The position numbers and the translations under genes were made by a program. A stretch of 64,000 bases of DNA from a virus. Its lineage: Duplodnaviria; Caudoviricetes. Of this stretch, positions 56,201 to 64,000 are shown in pieces. The notes under the pieces are model-generated. The model ran no database searches, had not been told where the DNA came from, and saw only the letters and a program-made list of their open reading frames with translations. Position 1 is the stretch's first letter. The number at the start of each line of letters is the position of its first letter. The stretch spans positions 14,009 to 78,008 of the IMG/VR virus record IMGVR_UViG_3300013947_000035; one strand, given 5' to 3'.

Positions 56201-56700
56201 TGGTAGAAAAAGGAACAGTATATAAAATCAAAGAAGGCGCGGACCTTAACAAATTCGCAGAAAAGGATTATGAAATCGTTCAGGTGGGGTCTTATCCCGT
56301 TATGATAAAAATTATCCCGCAAGATTTCGACGGCGAACTCGTACAAGGAACGCTTAAAAATATTTATAATAATAACGAGTGGCGCAAAAAAATCTATTCA
56401 TATCATAAAAAAATGATAAAAGAAGCACTCGATTTGGATTATAAGCGCGGAAAAGCCGTTATCACCGAGAAATTCAGACACGTTTTGACCGATTGGCGAA
56501 TTCAAATCGAACTTTTCGGCGACGCTTGGCTCGGATTCAAGAGCATGGATAAGTTCGAACAAAAAATCTATTACAATAGTTGTTATCTCGATAAATATTG
56601 TGCAGACGAAATCAAAGACCTTCTTGCCGACGATTTAATTGAAATTGTCGAAATCGAACAAGAAGTACCCGATAAACAGAACGAAGAAGAACAAAAATGA
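56200..56700 (+). CDS. hypothetical protein
   Basis: 166 aa; AGGAGG RBS. Confidence 0.7.
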   Translation: MVEKGTVYKIKEGADLNKFAEKDYEIVQVGSYPVMIKIIPQDFDGELVQGTLKNIYNNNEWRKKIYSYHKKMIKEALDLDYKRGKAVITEKFRHVLTDWRIQIELFGDAWLGFKSMDKFEQKIYYNSCYLDKYCADEIKDLLADDLIEIVEIEQEVPDKQNEEEQK

Positions 56701-58238
56701 GAGATGATATTTTTTTGCCGAACGGCGAAATGTCTTTACGCAAACTCATAGGAGACGGATATACAAAGGCGTGGTTTATGAATAATACCTGCCGTTACCG
56801 TCTCTTTTGTGGCGCTCGTTCAACCAAAAAATCTAAAAACATTATCGGTTATGAGCCGATTATGAAGATAATATCGGACCAACGTCGAAACGTTCTTATC
56901 GCGCGTCAAAATGATAGCGATAATAGACAATCCACTTTCGAGAACGTATGTGGCTGTATTGTCGATTTAGGGCTTGAAGACGCTTTCAAAATCTCGAAGA
57001 ATCCGCTTGTAATTGAATATAAACCGACAGGACAACAAATAATTTTTCGTGGTTTGAATAATCCCACGTCTCTAAATGGTATCACCTTTTCAAAGGGATA
57101 TTTTACAGACGCTTACATCGACGAAGCATTCGAGGTCCCGTCTTATGAGGACTTTCGTAAAATCGACGGTTCATTGCGTGGTAAGTTACCACCAGGACTA
57201 ACTTTTCAAATCACAATGTGTTTTAACGCGTGGGACGGCGATTCGTGGCTCAATCAAGAGTTTTTCAAAAACAGACTCGAAGACGATTACGCAAAACTTG
57301 ACCGTGATGACGTAACGTATTTGGATTATTACGACCCCGATTTTATTGGACCTTACGGCAAAGGATTATATCTACACAAATCCACATACAAAATCAACGA
57401 GTTCCGTGATAAAGATTCATATGACGCGGCAGCGCTCGAAATGCGGCGTAAAGCACCCGAAATTTATAAGGTCGAGTTTTTGGGAATGTTCGGCAACACG
57501 ACTGCGGCAGTTTATCCCGAATGGAATGACGCGCTTGTTGTTCCGCTTCCGACACTGCTTAAACTAAACGAACCGAATCGTCAACAATGGGCAGATTTTT
57601 CTATCGGCGTCGATACTGGTCTTTCTGACGGTGGCGGTCACGTTCTTAAAGTCGGCAAGAACGAAAATGCGGATTTGAAAGTGCGCGCAGCAACTACTAT
57701 GTCATTGTGCGCAATTACATCAGATTTGCAAAAAGTTGCTACAATCGACGAATATTTCCATAGCAATAATAAAGCCGATAATTATATGAATACAGACGAC
57801 CGCGAGAGTATAGGATTGCCCGAACAAGCAGATAGACTCATTCGCAAAATTATCGAATGGATGCAATATTACGGCAGTATGGGAACGATTCTTATGTGCG
57901 GAACAATAAATGTTTTCGTAGATAGCGCCGACGTCGGTTTTAGGCAAACTCTCGAAGTAAAAGCACACGAATATGGATTGTATAATCTGCGGTTCATTGC
58001 ATCGACAAAGCTTTCGATTCAGACTCGTGTTGACTTCGACCGACTTTTGATGGCATATGGCGATTTCCTCGTGTCTGATAAGTGCAAGAATCTCGTCCGT
58101 GAAATCAAAAACGCACGTAGAGGCAAAAAAGGCGAAGCGCGTGAAGACGGCAACGACCATATGTTAACTTGTGTAGAATATGCGAAAGCGCCGTTATTGT
58201 CGTCGCTAAGAAGATGGAAAACTTTCAAAGTACATTAA
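56697..58238 (+). CDS. terL: terminase large subunit (PBSX family)
   Basis: YRLFCGARSTKKS Walker A; IIFRGL; IDEA Walker B; nuclease GVD..., DSAD and D.NDH..T..EYA. Confidence 0.85.
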   Translation: MRDDIFLPNGEMSLRKLIGDGYTKAWFMNNTCRYRLFCGARSTKKSKNIIGYEPIMKIISDQRRNVLIARQNDSDNRQSTFENVCGCIVDLGLEDAFKISKNPLVIEYKPTGQQIIFRGLNNPTSLNGITFSKGYFTDAYIDEAFEVPSYEDFRKIDGSLRGKLPPGLTFQITMCFNAWDGDSWLNQEFFKNRLEDDYAKLDRDDVTYLDYYDPDFIGPYGKGLYLHKSTYKINEFRDKDSYDAAALEMRRKAPEIYKVEFLGMFGNTTAAVYPEWNDALVVPLPTLLKLNEPNRQQWADFSIGVDTGLSDGGGHVLKVGKNENADLKVRAATTMSLCAITSDLQKVATIDEYFHSNNKADNYMNTDDRESIGLPEQADRLIRKIIEWMQYYGSMGTILMCGTINVFVDSADVGFRQTLEVKAHEYGLYNLRFIASTKLSIQTRVDFDRLLMAYGDFLVSDKCKNLVREIKNARRGKKGEAREDGNDHMLTCVEYAKAPLLSSLRRWKTFKVH

Positions 58239-58347
58239 AAGAGAAAGCTCGAATTCGGGCTTTTTCTTTTTCTAACCCTATTGACAGCCGATTTATATTT
58301 TGCTACAATGTGAGTACAAAATTCAAACGAAAGGAGACAAAATTTTT

Positions 58348-58950
58348 ATGAACACAGTAGCATTGAAAGGCATTGTAAAATCTACCCCTGAAAAAAACAC
58401 GAAAGACTATTACGAATTCGAACTCGGAATCAAACGTTATTCTGGTTGCGAAGATATGATTAAAGTCATTTTCAAGAACAAAGAATTCTTGGATTACATC
58501 AATATGGGCGAATCGGTCGCGGTTTTGGGTAGCATTATAACTTATTCCGAGTACGATGTGTACGCAAGAAAGACACGAACTCTTGTAAGAGTAAATGCGC
58601 GGTCGATTACGAGCGGAATCGAAATCGAGGACGAATATGTTAACGAGGTTTCGATAATTGACAACACGTTCCTTACCGAGCCTGAAATAAGAAGCACCCC
58701 TAAAAAATTTACAATTACCGACTTCGTACTCTTAAACAAAGAGGGCGATATTGTAACCGCGCATATACCTTGTATTGCTTGGAACGGTGTTGCCCGCAAA
58801 TTGGCAGCGATTGGTAGTTGGGGCAAGTTTTCAGCTATCGGAAGATTGCAATCCCGTGAGTATACGAAACGATATGAAGACGAAACAATGGAAATCAGAA
58901 CCGCTTACGAAGTGTCTATTTCTTCGTTCTCGTTCTCGGCGGAGGACTGA
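58348..58950 (+). CDS. ssb: single-stranded DNA-binding protein (two OB folds)
   Basis: KRYSG..D.I; HIPCIAW..AR; GRLQSREY.K; AYEVSI; AAGGAG RBS. Confidence 0.85.
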   Translation: MNTVALKGIVKSTPEKNTKDYYEFELGIKRYSGCEDMIKVIFKNKEFLDYINMGESVAVLGSIITYSEYDVYARKTRTLVRVNARSITSGIEIEDEYVNEVSIIDNTFLTEPEIRSTPKKFTITDFVLLNKEGDIVTAHIPCIAWNGVARKLAAIGSWGKFSAIGRLQSREYTKRYEDETMEIRTAYEVSISSFSFSAED

Positions 58951-58952
58951 TT

Positions 58953-59111
58953 ATGGCAATTTTCAAAGACCCAGAGCAAGCCGAACTCGGAACGTACACA
59001 TATCGGTGCAAAGGCTGTAACGGAAAAGGTTGCAGATGGTGCTGTTTTGGCGATATGTGGGAATCAGAAGATAAAAAGGAGAATGAAGATGAAAACACAC
59101 GGACATTATAA
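58953..59111 (+). CDS. 52-aa Cys-rich Zn-finger ORF (absent from ORF track)
   Basis: GGAGG RBS; CKGCNGKGCRWCC. Confidence 0.55.
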   Translation: MAIFKDPEQAELGTYTYRCKGCNGKGCRWCCFGDMWESEDKKENEDENTRTL

Positions 59112-59262
59112 AACAATAGCCGCAATCAAGCAACAGGCAGCAATTATAGAGAGTGCGGTTAAGGGGAAGAAAGTAAAAAGCAAGAAATTAAAGCAAATGA
59201 TTATTCGAGATATGAAACAAGAATATCGCTTGTCAAGACCAAAGAAAACGAGGATGTTATGA
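59089..59262 (+). CDS. small basic protein
   Basis: AAGGAG RBS favours 59089. Confidence 0.6.
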   Translation: MKTHGHYKTIAAIKQQAAIIESAVKGKKVKSKKLKQMIIRDMKQEYRLSRPKKTRML

Positions 59263-59265
59263 CTT

Positions 59266-59751
59266 ATGAAAACTAAACAAGAACAAATCGAAGAAATACA
59301 AGAAATCATTGGCGATAGTTACGAGTATGATTCTATCAGTGCGGAACTTGGTAGCGGTGATGGGTATATAAACACCGAAGAAGCCGCAAAAGCAATTGTT
59401 GAGGCAGGCTACGGCGATGTGTCCGAGTACAAAAACAGATTCGAGGTCGCAGACAAGGTTTTGACCGAAACGCGAGCGAAACTCACGAAAGCAGAACACG
59501 ACCGCGATAGGTACAAAGCCGAGATTGAACGGCTCACGCACATTATTGAGTATTGTGAAAACGAAGAACTTGTTAAATCAAAAGTCAAGCAAGCACAAAT
59601 CGATGTGCTGAATAAAGCGAAAGAGAGACTCAAAGTTGTTTCAAGAGAACTGGGCGATGAATATGACCTATGCGGCGTATCTGCGGTATGTAGTTGTAGA
59701 TGTGAAATCGACGAACTCATCAAGGAGGTGCAAAATGAGCAAAAAGGCTGA
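59266..59751 (+). CDS. coiled-coil hypothetical protein
   Basis: 161 aa; GAGG RBS. Confidence 0.7.
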   Translation: MKTKQEQIEEIQEIIGDSYEYDSISAELGSGDGYINTEEAAKAIVEAGYGDVSEYKNRFEVADKVLTETRAKLTKAEHDRDRYKAEIERLTHIIEYCENEELVKSKVKQAQIDVLNKAKERLKVVSRELGDEYDLCGVSAVCSCRCEIDELIKEVQNEQKG

Positions 59752-59905
59752 TAACCCGAAACAAAAGAAGTGGAAATTCTTGTTGGTTGAGGACGGTTCT
59801 ATCGATGTTGACGACTTGCAACAGTTTTTCGATGAACAAGATATGAAGATAAAAATAGTCATATATAGACAAGGCGCATATAAGCCTGAATTGAAAGAAT
59901 TTTAA
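59735..59905 (+). CDS. small hypothetical protein
   Basis: AGGAGG RBS; KFLLVEDGS.D motif. Confidence 0.65.
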   Translation: MSKKADNPKQKKWKFLLVEDGSIDVDDLQQFFDEQDMKIKIVIYRQGAYKPELKEF

Positions 59906-59916
59906 GGATGTGGAAG

Positions 59917-60144
59917 ATGGCGGAAATAATGGTTAATTTAGATGTACAAATAGAAACAAAAGGTAAATATTGTGGTCGTTGCAGATTTTATGATTCGGGA
60001 CTATCGCGTTGTATTCTTTTCCGCAAAGAATTAAGAGATTATATAGTTGGAAGTTTCGAGTGGGCATTACCAGTAATATGCGATGCTTATCGTTGCGAGG
60101 AGTGTATTCAATCGGAGGTGGAAGATGGCGAAGATAAGAGTTGA
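59917..60144 (+). CDS. Cys-rich small protein (paralog 1)
   Basis: C..C..D....C.LF.....C..C.Q.EVEDG. Confidence 0.7.
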   Translation: MAEIMVNLDVQIETKGKYCGRCRFYDSGLSRCILFRKELRDYIVGSFEWALPVICDAYRCEECIQSEVEDGEDKS

Positions 60145-60310
60145 AATCGAAGTGCCGAAAAATTGTAAAAAGTGTATGATGTTTGATGACGAGTATAGAT
60201 ACTGTGTGTTATTTGGCAAATATATACCTTTTGATGTGCATAATAACATTTTTAACCCTTGTGACGAGTGTAAACAAGCGGAGGTGGAAGATGAGCAATG
60301 TAACAGTTGA
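60125..60310 (+). CDS. Cys-rich small protein (paralog 2)
   Basis: Same Cys pattern; GGAGG RBS. Confidence 0.7.
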   Translation: MAKIRVEIEVPKNCKKCMMFDDEYRYCVLFGKYIPFDVHNNIFNPCDECKQAEVEDEQCNS

Positions 60311-60617
60311 ATTTCTCAAAGACAGCGTGCAAAAGGCTTACAATAACGGATTCAAAGACGGTATGGAAACGAGTATGCACTACTACCTCGTAAAAGTAAG
60401 GGGATACAGCAACGATTGGGTCGATTTCATTGTAAAGACCGACAGCAAAAAGAAAGCGATTGACATTGCGTATAAACAGGTTGTGCGTGAATACACACCC
60501 AATTATATGAAGTTGCGCTTGTATGAGCCGTACCACAAAAAAGACATAACCGCACTACGCATTGACAAGTTAATGTTCAACGAAGAGGGCATTACGGACT
60601 TATACCCAATAGATTAA
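60291..60617 (+). CDS. hypothetical protein
   Basis: GGAGG RBS favours 60291. Confidence 0.7.
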   Translation: MSNVTVEFLKDSVQKAYNNGFKDGMETSMHYYLVKVRGYSNDWVDFIVKTDSKKKAIDIAYKQVVREYTPNYMKLRLYEPYHKKDITALRIDKLMFNEEGITDLYPID

Positions 60618-60630
60618 AGGATGACAAAAA

Positions 60631-60888
60631 ATGACAAACAGAGAAAAAATATTGTCAAATGTGGGCGACAATTTGGTAGCAGACCAACTTATAGATTGTG
60701 TTCAAGCATACCGCACAAAGGACGAATTGAGGTCACATAACCCACACATAGAGTATAAGTTTAATAATGCGGTGTACAAAACGTATGAAGAAGCATTTGC
60801 GGCAATGGGGAAGTGGCTCGACAAAGAGGCTCAACCAATCACGGAAGAAGACAAAACGATAGTAATACAGTCGAACGAGGTAATATAA
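60631..60888 (+). CDS. hypothetical protein
   Basis: 85 aa; AAGGA RBS. Confidence 0.7.
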   Translation: MTNREKILSNVGDNLVADQLIDCVQAYRTKDELRSHNPHIEYKFNNAVYKTYEEAFAAMGKWLDKEAQPITEEDKTIVIQSNEVI

Positions 60889-60889
60889 A

Positions 60890-61477
60890 ATGAGATATTT
60901 GAGTGTATTCAAAGACGACGGAGAAGTTCTAAAAGCAATTAGCGATATACATTTGCGCGGCAAATGGTTTGACCTCGATTGCACATATAGTAAAGGTGTT
61001 TTTTATAATAAAATACCTCAGCCCAAAATTAAGAGCGATATTTTGCCCTTATTCGATGATGTGCTTATGGTGGATTCGACAAAAATGGATATATTTACAA
61101 ATAATTCATTGAATTCAATCGTATTTGACCCGCCATTTTTGTTTAGAAAACGTAAATCAGATAATAACGATAAAATGTCTACCAGATTCTCATACTTTAA
61201 TAGTTATGATGATTTGACCGATATGTACAGCAATAGTCTTTTGCAATTCTACCGAGTCTTAAATAAAGGTGGGTATCTGTGCTTCAAGTGCCAAGATATG
61301 ACAGATGGCAAATTTTATTGCACACATAATTTTATCATCAACAAAGCACAGAAAATCGGTTTTGAATTGAAAGATATAATTATAAAAGCAACCAATTTGA
61401 AACTGCAACGTGACGCAAAACAACAGAATTGCGTTGCAAAAGTGCATAGTTATTGGCTTGTGTTTAAGAAGAAATAA
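60890..61477 (+). CDS. DNA amino-methyltransferase-like protein
   Basis: DLDCTYSKG.FY SAM-binding-like motif; IVFDPPF catalytic motif; YRVL..GG...FKCQD. Confidence 0.8.
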   Translation: MRYLSVFKDDGEVLKAISDIHLRGKWFDLDCTYSKGVFYNKIPQPKIKSDILPLFDDVLMVDSTKMDIFTNNSLNSIVFDPPFLFRKRKSDNNDKMSTRFSYFNSYDDLTDMYSNSLLQFYRVLNKGGYLCFKCQDMTDGKFYCTHNFIINKAQKIGFELKDIIIKATNLKLQRDAKQQNCVAKVHSYWLVFKKK

Positions 61478-61721
61478 AAAGGACGGTAAAACAATGAACA
61501 TTTTAGCAATACTGTTATCAATTTTGAGCCTGCTCGGATTGACTTGGCTCTTTGGATGTGGACTGAAATGAAATATACTTGTAAAATTTGCAGCAATGCC
61601 AAACAAGCCAAAATGGCAGAGCGGAGAGGAAGTGTTCGATTGGTGGGTGTACCACATAGACGACACGAAAAACGATGAGAATCAACTCTCAATAGACGAT
61701 ATCGAATAGGAGAAAGCAACA

Positions 61722-61973
61722 ATGATTTTTTTAGGGAATTTAACAGTTGAACAAATCGAAAGAGAATATAGTGTAAATTTTTCCGCCGAGGATAAACAAT
61801 GGCTGATGAAACACCATCAAGACCAAGCCAATGGAATCGAAAAAGACAAGTGGCACTTCTTCGATATGCCGAGAATTATGGTTGCAGGTAGTAAAGAGTT
61901 TATGCAAGAACTCTACGATAGACTAATCAAATATACGTTTATCGGACAATTCAGAATAGGAGTCGAGCAATGA
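61722..61973 (+). CDS. conserved phage hypothetical protein
   Basis: IFLG.LT..Q.E...WH.FD.P motif. Confidence 0.75.
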   Translation: MIFLGNLTVEQIEREYSVNFSAEDKQWLMKHHQDQANGIEKDKWHFFDMPRIMVAGSKEFMQELYDRLIKYTFIGQFRIGVEQ

Positions 61974-62587
61974 AAGCAGTTTTAATATCGATTCAACCGA
62001 AATGGGTTGAGAAAATAGCAAACGAAGAAAAGACTATCGAAGTGCGCAAGACCGCACCGAAACAAGTGCCGTTCAAGTGCTATATCTATTGCACGAAAGG
62101 CAAGCCCGATAATTCATTGCTTATAGACAAAGACGGGCATCACGTCATTATTGGCGATTATAGAAATGCTTTTAATCACGACGTAAATGGCAACGTGGAC
62201 TGGAATATCGGCAATAACAAGGTTATCGGCGAGTTTATATGCGATAAGATTGAAGAGTTTAGTGTCGGAAGTTTGCGAAGCGATGACATTGAAAACCTTG
62301 CTTGCTTATCATACAGTGAGATGATTAACTATTTTTACAAACCCGAAGAACTCGACGGAAAAACGGTGAAACACGGTTACGCTTGGCATATCTCCAACTT
62401 GAAGATATACGATAAGCCAAAAGAGTTGAGCGAGTTTTATCGTCCTTGTAGTTATAGCGGTATTTGCTATTCGTGTAATAGATTTAGACCAAACGGCACA
62501 TCGAATGATAAACCGAATGATTTCTGCGATAGTACGATAACTCGTGCGTCGCAATCGTGGCAATATGTACAGGAGTTGGAAGAATGA
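61970..62587 (+). CDS. ASCH-domain protein
   Basis: VLISI.P.W..KI..G/EEKTIEVRK; VIGEFIC; YAWHIS.L..YD.P. Confidence 0.85.
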   Translation: MKAVLISIQPKWVEKIANEEKTIEVRKTAPKQVPFKCYIYCTKGKPDNSLLIDKDGHHVIIGDYRNAFNHDVNGNVDWNIGNNKVIGEFICDKIEEFSVGSLRSDDIENLACLSYSEMINYFYKPEELDGKTVKHGYAWHISNLKIYDKPKELSEFYRPCSYSGICYSCNRFRPNGTSNDKPNDFCDSTITRASQSWQYVQELEE

Positions 62588-62895
62588 AATATAAAAGACT
62601 AACGACAACGCAAGTTGTAAACGGCAGAAACATAAAAACAGTTACGAGCAAAGGCAAGGTTACACTTCAAGACCTAATCGACAGACTTTATGACATCGAA
62701 GAAAAAATCGAGAACGGAACGCTCATTGAGTTACCCTGTGTTCGCAAATTGAACTTTAGCGGTATAGAGTGCGTTGAAGCCGTTTATATTCAACACAATG
62801 GAACTGTTGGCGAATGTGTATGCCTAAACGAAACCGAAGCCGAAAAGATGTTGGAGGAGATAAGAAATGGAAATAACGACAGGCTGTCCGACTAA
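62584..62895 (+). CDS. hypothetical protein (RL..ED/IEE..ENG.LIELPC type)
   Basis: GGAG RBS; motif recalled from Firmicutes phage proteins. Confidence 0.7.
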   Translation: MKYKRLTTTQVVNGRNIKTVTSKGKVTLQDLIDRLYDIEEKIENGTLIELPCVRKLNFSGIECVEAVYIQHNGTVGECVCLNETEAEKMLEEIRNGNNDRLSD

Positions 62896-63058
62896 CTGCA
62901 AGTACATTCACGGCAATAAGTGCATTGCTACCGAATGTAAAAGAGAAACAAGTACAACATATATAATACATAAGTGTGATGAAGAATATTGTTTTTATCC
63001 CGAAATCACAAAAGGAAATGAAGTCTGCGATGAGTGCAGAAAAAGGAGTAAAAGATGA
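62867..63058 (+). CDS. Cys-rich small protein
   Basis: 63 aa; multiple Cys pairs; GGAGG RBS. Confidence 0.65.
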   Translation: MEITTGCPTNCKYIHGNKCIATECKRETSTTYIIHKCDEEYCFYPEITKGNEVCDECRKRSKR

Positions 63059-63837
63059 AAATAACTAAAGAATGCCCAAAAGATTGTAGATATATTTATG
63101 ACGGCGATTGGTGTATTTGCGGCACCGAATGCCCCAAACTGCCGCATAATCTTATCAAGTGTCCAGAATGTGGCACACTCGTTAAAGTAGACACGCGCAG
63201 CCCCCTACCAAATTCGTGCCATCCATGGACCTGTCCTCAATGTGGCAATACTGGTATTACCGATATTAATCCTTGCCGCATCTTTTATCAATGTAAAAAA
63301 TATTATTATCAAACAGAAAATGCGGCTTTGGGCAGACAATATGCAAATTACAGAGGAAAGCGAGTCGCAGACGGGACATGGGTATATGGCTATTACGCCC
63401 TATTCGCGAGCAATAAGGGACTAAAACCTGCAATCTATACCGAGAACAACAATAACGGTGCCCTTACCGCGAATGAGGTCGTTCCCGAGACTGTTACGCA
63501 ATCGACAATGTTGCTCGATAAAGACGGTAAAGAAATATACGAAGGCGATATTGTTGTATTTGACAAAGGTACATCAAACGAATCATATCCCTATCTGATA
63601 AGGTATAACCCGCGGCGTTGTGCTTATGAAAGATATGAGTTCGGCAGAGATAGTTCGCTTCGTGACGGAAGACCAATCGAACGCGATATAATGAATGTTT
63701 GCACTCTTGTCGGGAATTTCTGGGATAATCTCGAGCTGTTGGGCACAGAGAAGTGGGTAAGAGAACATACGAAACCCGTAAAAGATAACAAAAAAAAGAA
63801 AAAGACGGAAAAGGTTGAGCAGGAGAGCTTTTTATGA
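63055..63837 (+). CDS. YopX-family protein with N-terminal Zn ribbon
   Basis: YRGKR..DG.WVYG, V.PETV.QST...DKDGKEIYEGDIV, VGNF.DN.ELL. Confidence 0.85.
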   Translation: MKITKECPKDCRYIYDGDWCICGTECPKLPHNLIKCPECGTLVKVDTRSPLPNSCHPWTCPQCGNTGITDINPCRIFYQCKKYYYQTENAALGRQYANYRGKRVADGTWVYGYYALFASNKGLKPAIYTENNNNGALTANEVVPETVTQSTMLLDKDGKEIYEGDIVVFDKGTSNESYPYLIRYNPRRCAYERYEFGRDSSLRDGRPIERDIMNVCTLVGNFWDNLELLGTEKWVREHTKPVKDNKKKKKTEKVEQESFL

Positions 63838-64000
63838 CATACGAACCAAACAACATATACAACGTCGATTCATATCAGGCAATCGAAGCCATCCCCGATA
63901 ACAGTATCGACCTCGTTATCATCGACCCGCCGTACGATATTCCGCATACTACGGGGGGGGGGGGGGAGTTTTGAAAAAAAAGGAACCCAAAACGGTTCCA
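63834..64000 (+). pseudogene. N4/N6 DNA methyltransferase 5' end, out of frame at a G14 tract (runs off window)
   Basis: IY..DS...I..IPDNSIDLVIIDPPY; G14 at 63953-63966 leads to TGA at 63972-63974. Confidence 0.75.

Noticed and set aside
1-64000. Stop-codon reassignment or an integrase/lysogeny module
   Set aside because: Genes are full length and densely packed under code 11, there is no suppressor tRNA, and no tyrosine or serine recombinase motif was seen.

Overview
A 64-kb segment of a tailed dsDNA phage genome (Caudoviricetes), most likely infecting a Firmicutes/Clostridia-type host. The host call is inferred from near-consensus sigmaA promoters, AAGGAG Shine-Dalgarno sites and the YopX, ASCH and TnpB content. 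No integrase, endolysin or DNA polymerase family A/B gene is recognisable in the window. Layout: portal (0.8-2.5 kb); a ~10.5-kb leftward array of small genes, each with its own promoter and terminator, which also contains an AT-rich palindromic origin-like region, ~25 polarised CCGTGC motifs and a stranded minor-capsid gene; scaffold and major capsid (13.8-16.3 kb); a capsid-adjacent effector cassette (DUF3626-like putative ADP-ribosyltransferase, ADP-ribosylglycohydrolase, SAM-lyase-like protein, and proteins sharing the scaffold's C-terminal LFG peptide); neck, baseplate and fibre genes; a solo TnpB with a separately promoted omegaRNA-like element; membrane genes including an AgrB-like peptidase fused to an HTH; an ncRNA island (an 81-nt tmRNA tRNA-like-domain-only RNA, a 56-nt D-armless tRNA-like RNA, tRNA-Thr); a conserved Gly/Gln-rich module; a second baseplate/RBP module; and replication/recombination genes (primpol-helicase, SF2 helicase, SSBs, resolvase), TerL and methyltransferases, ending in an MTase interrupted by a G14 tract. 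All family assignments come from motif recognition by eye; no database searches were run.
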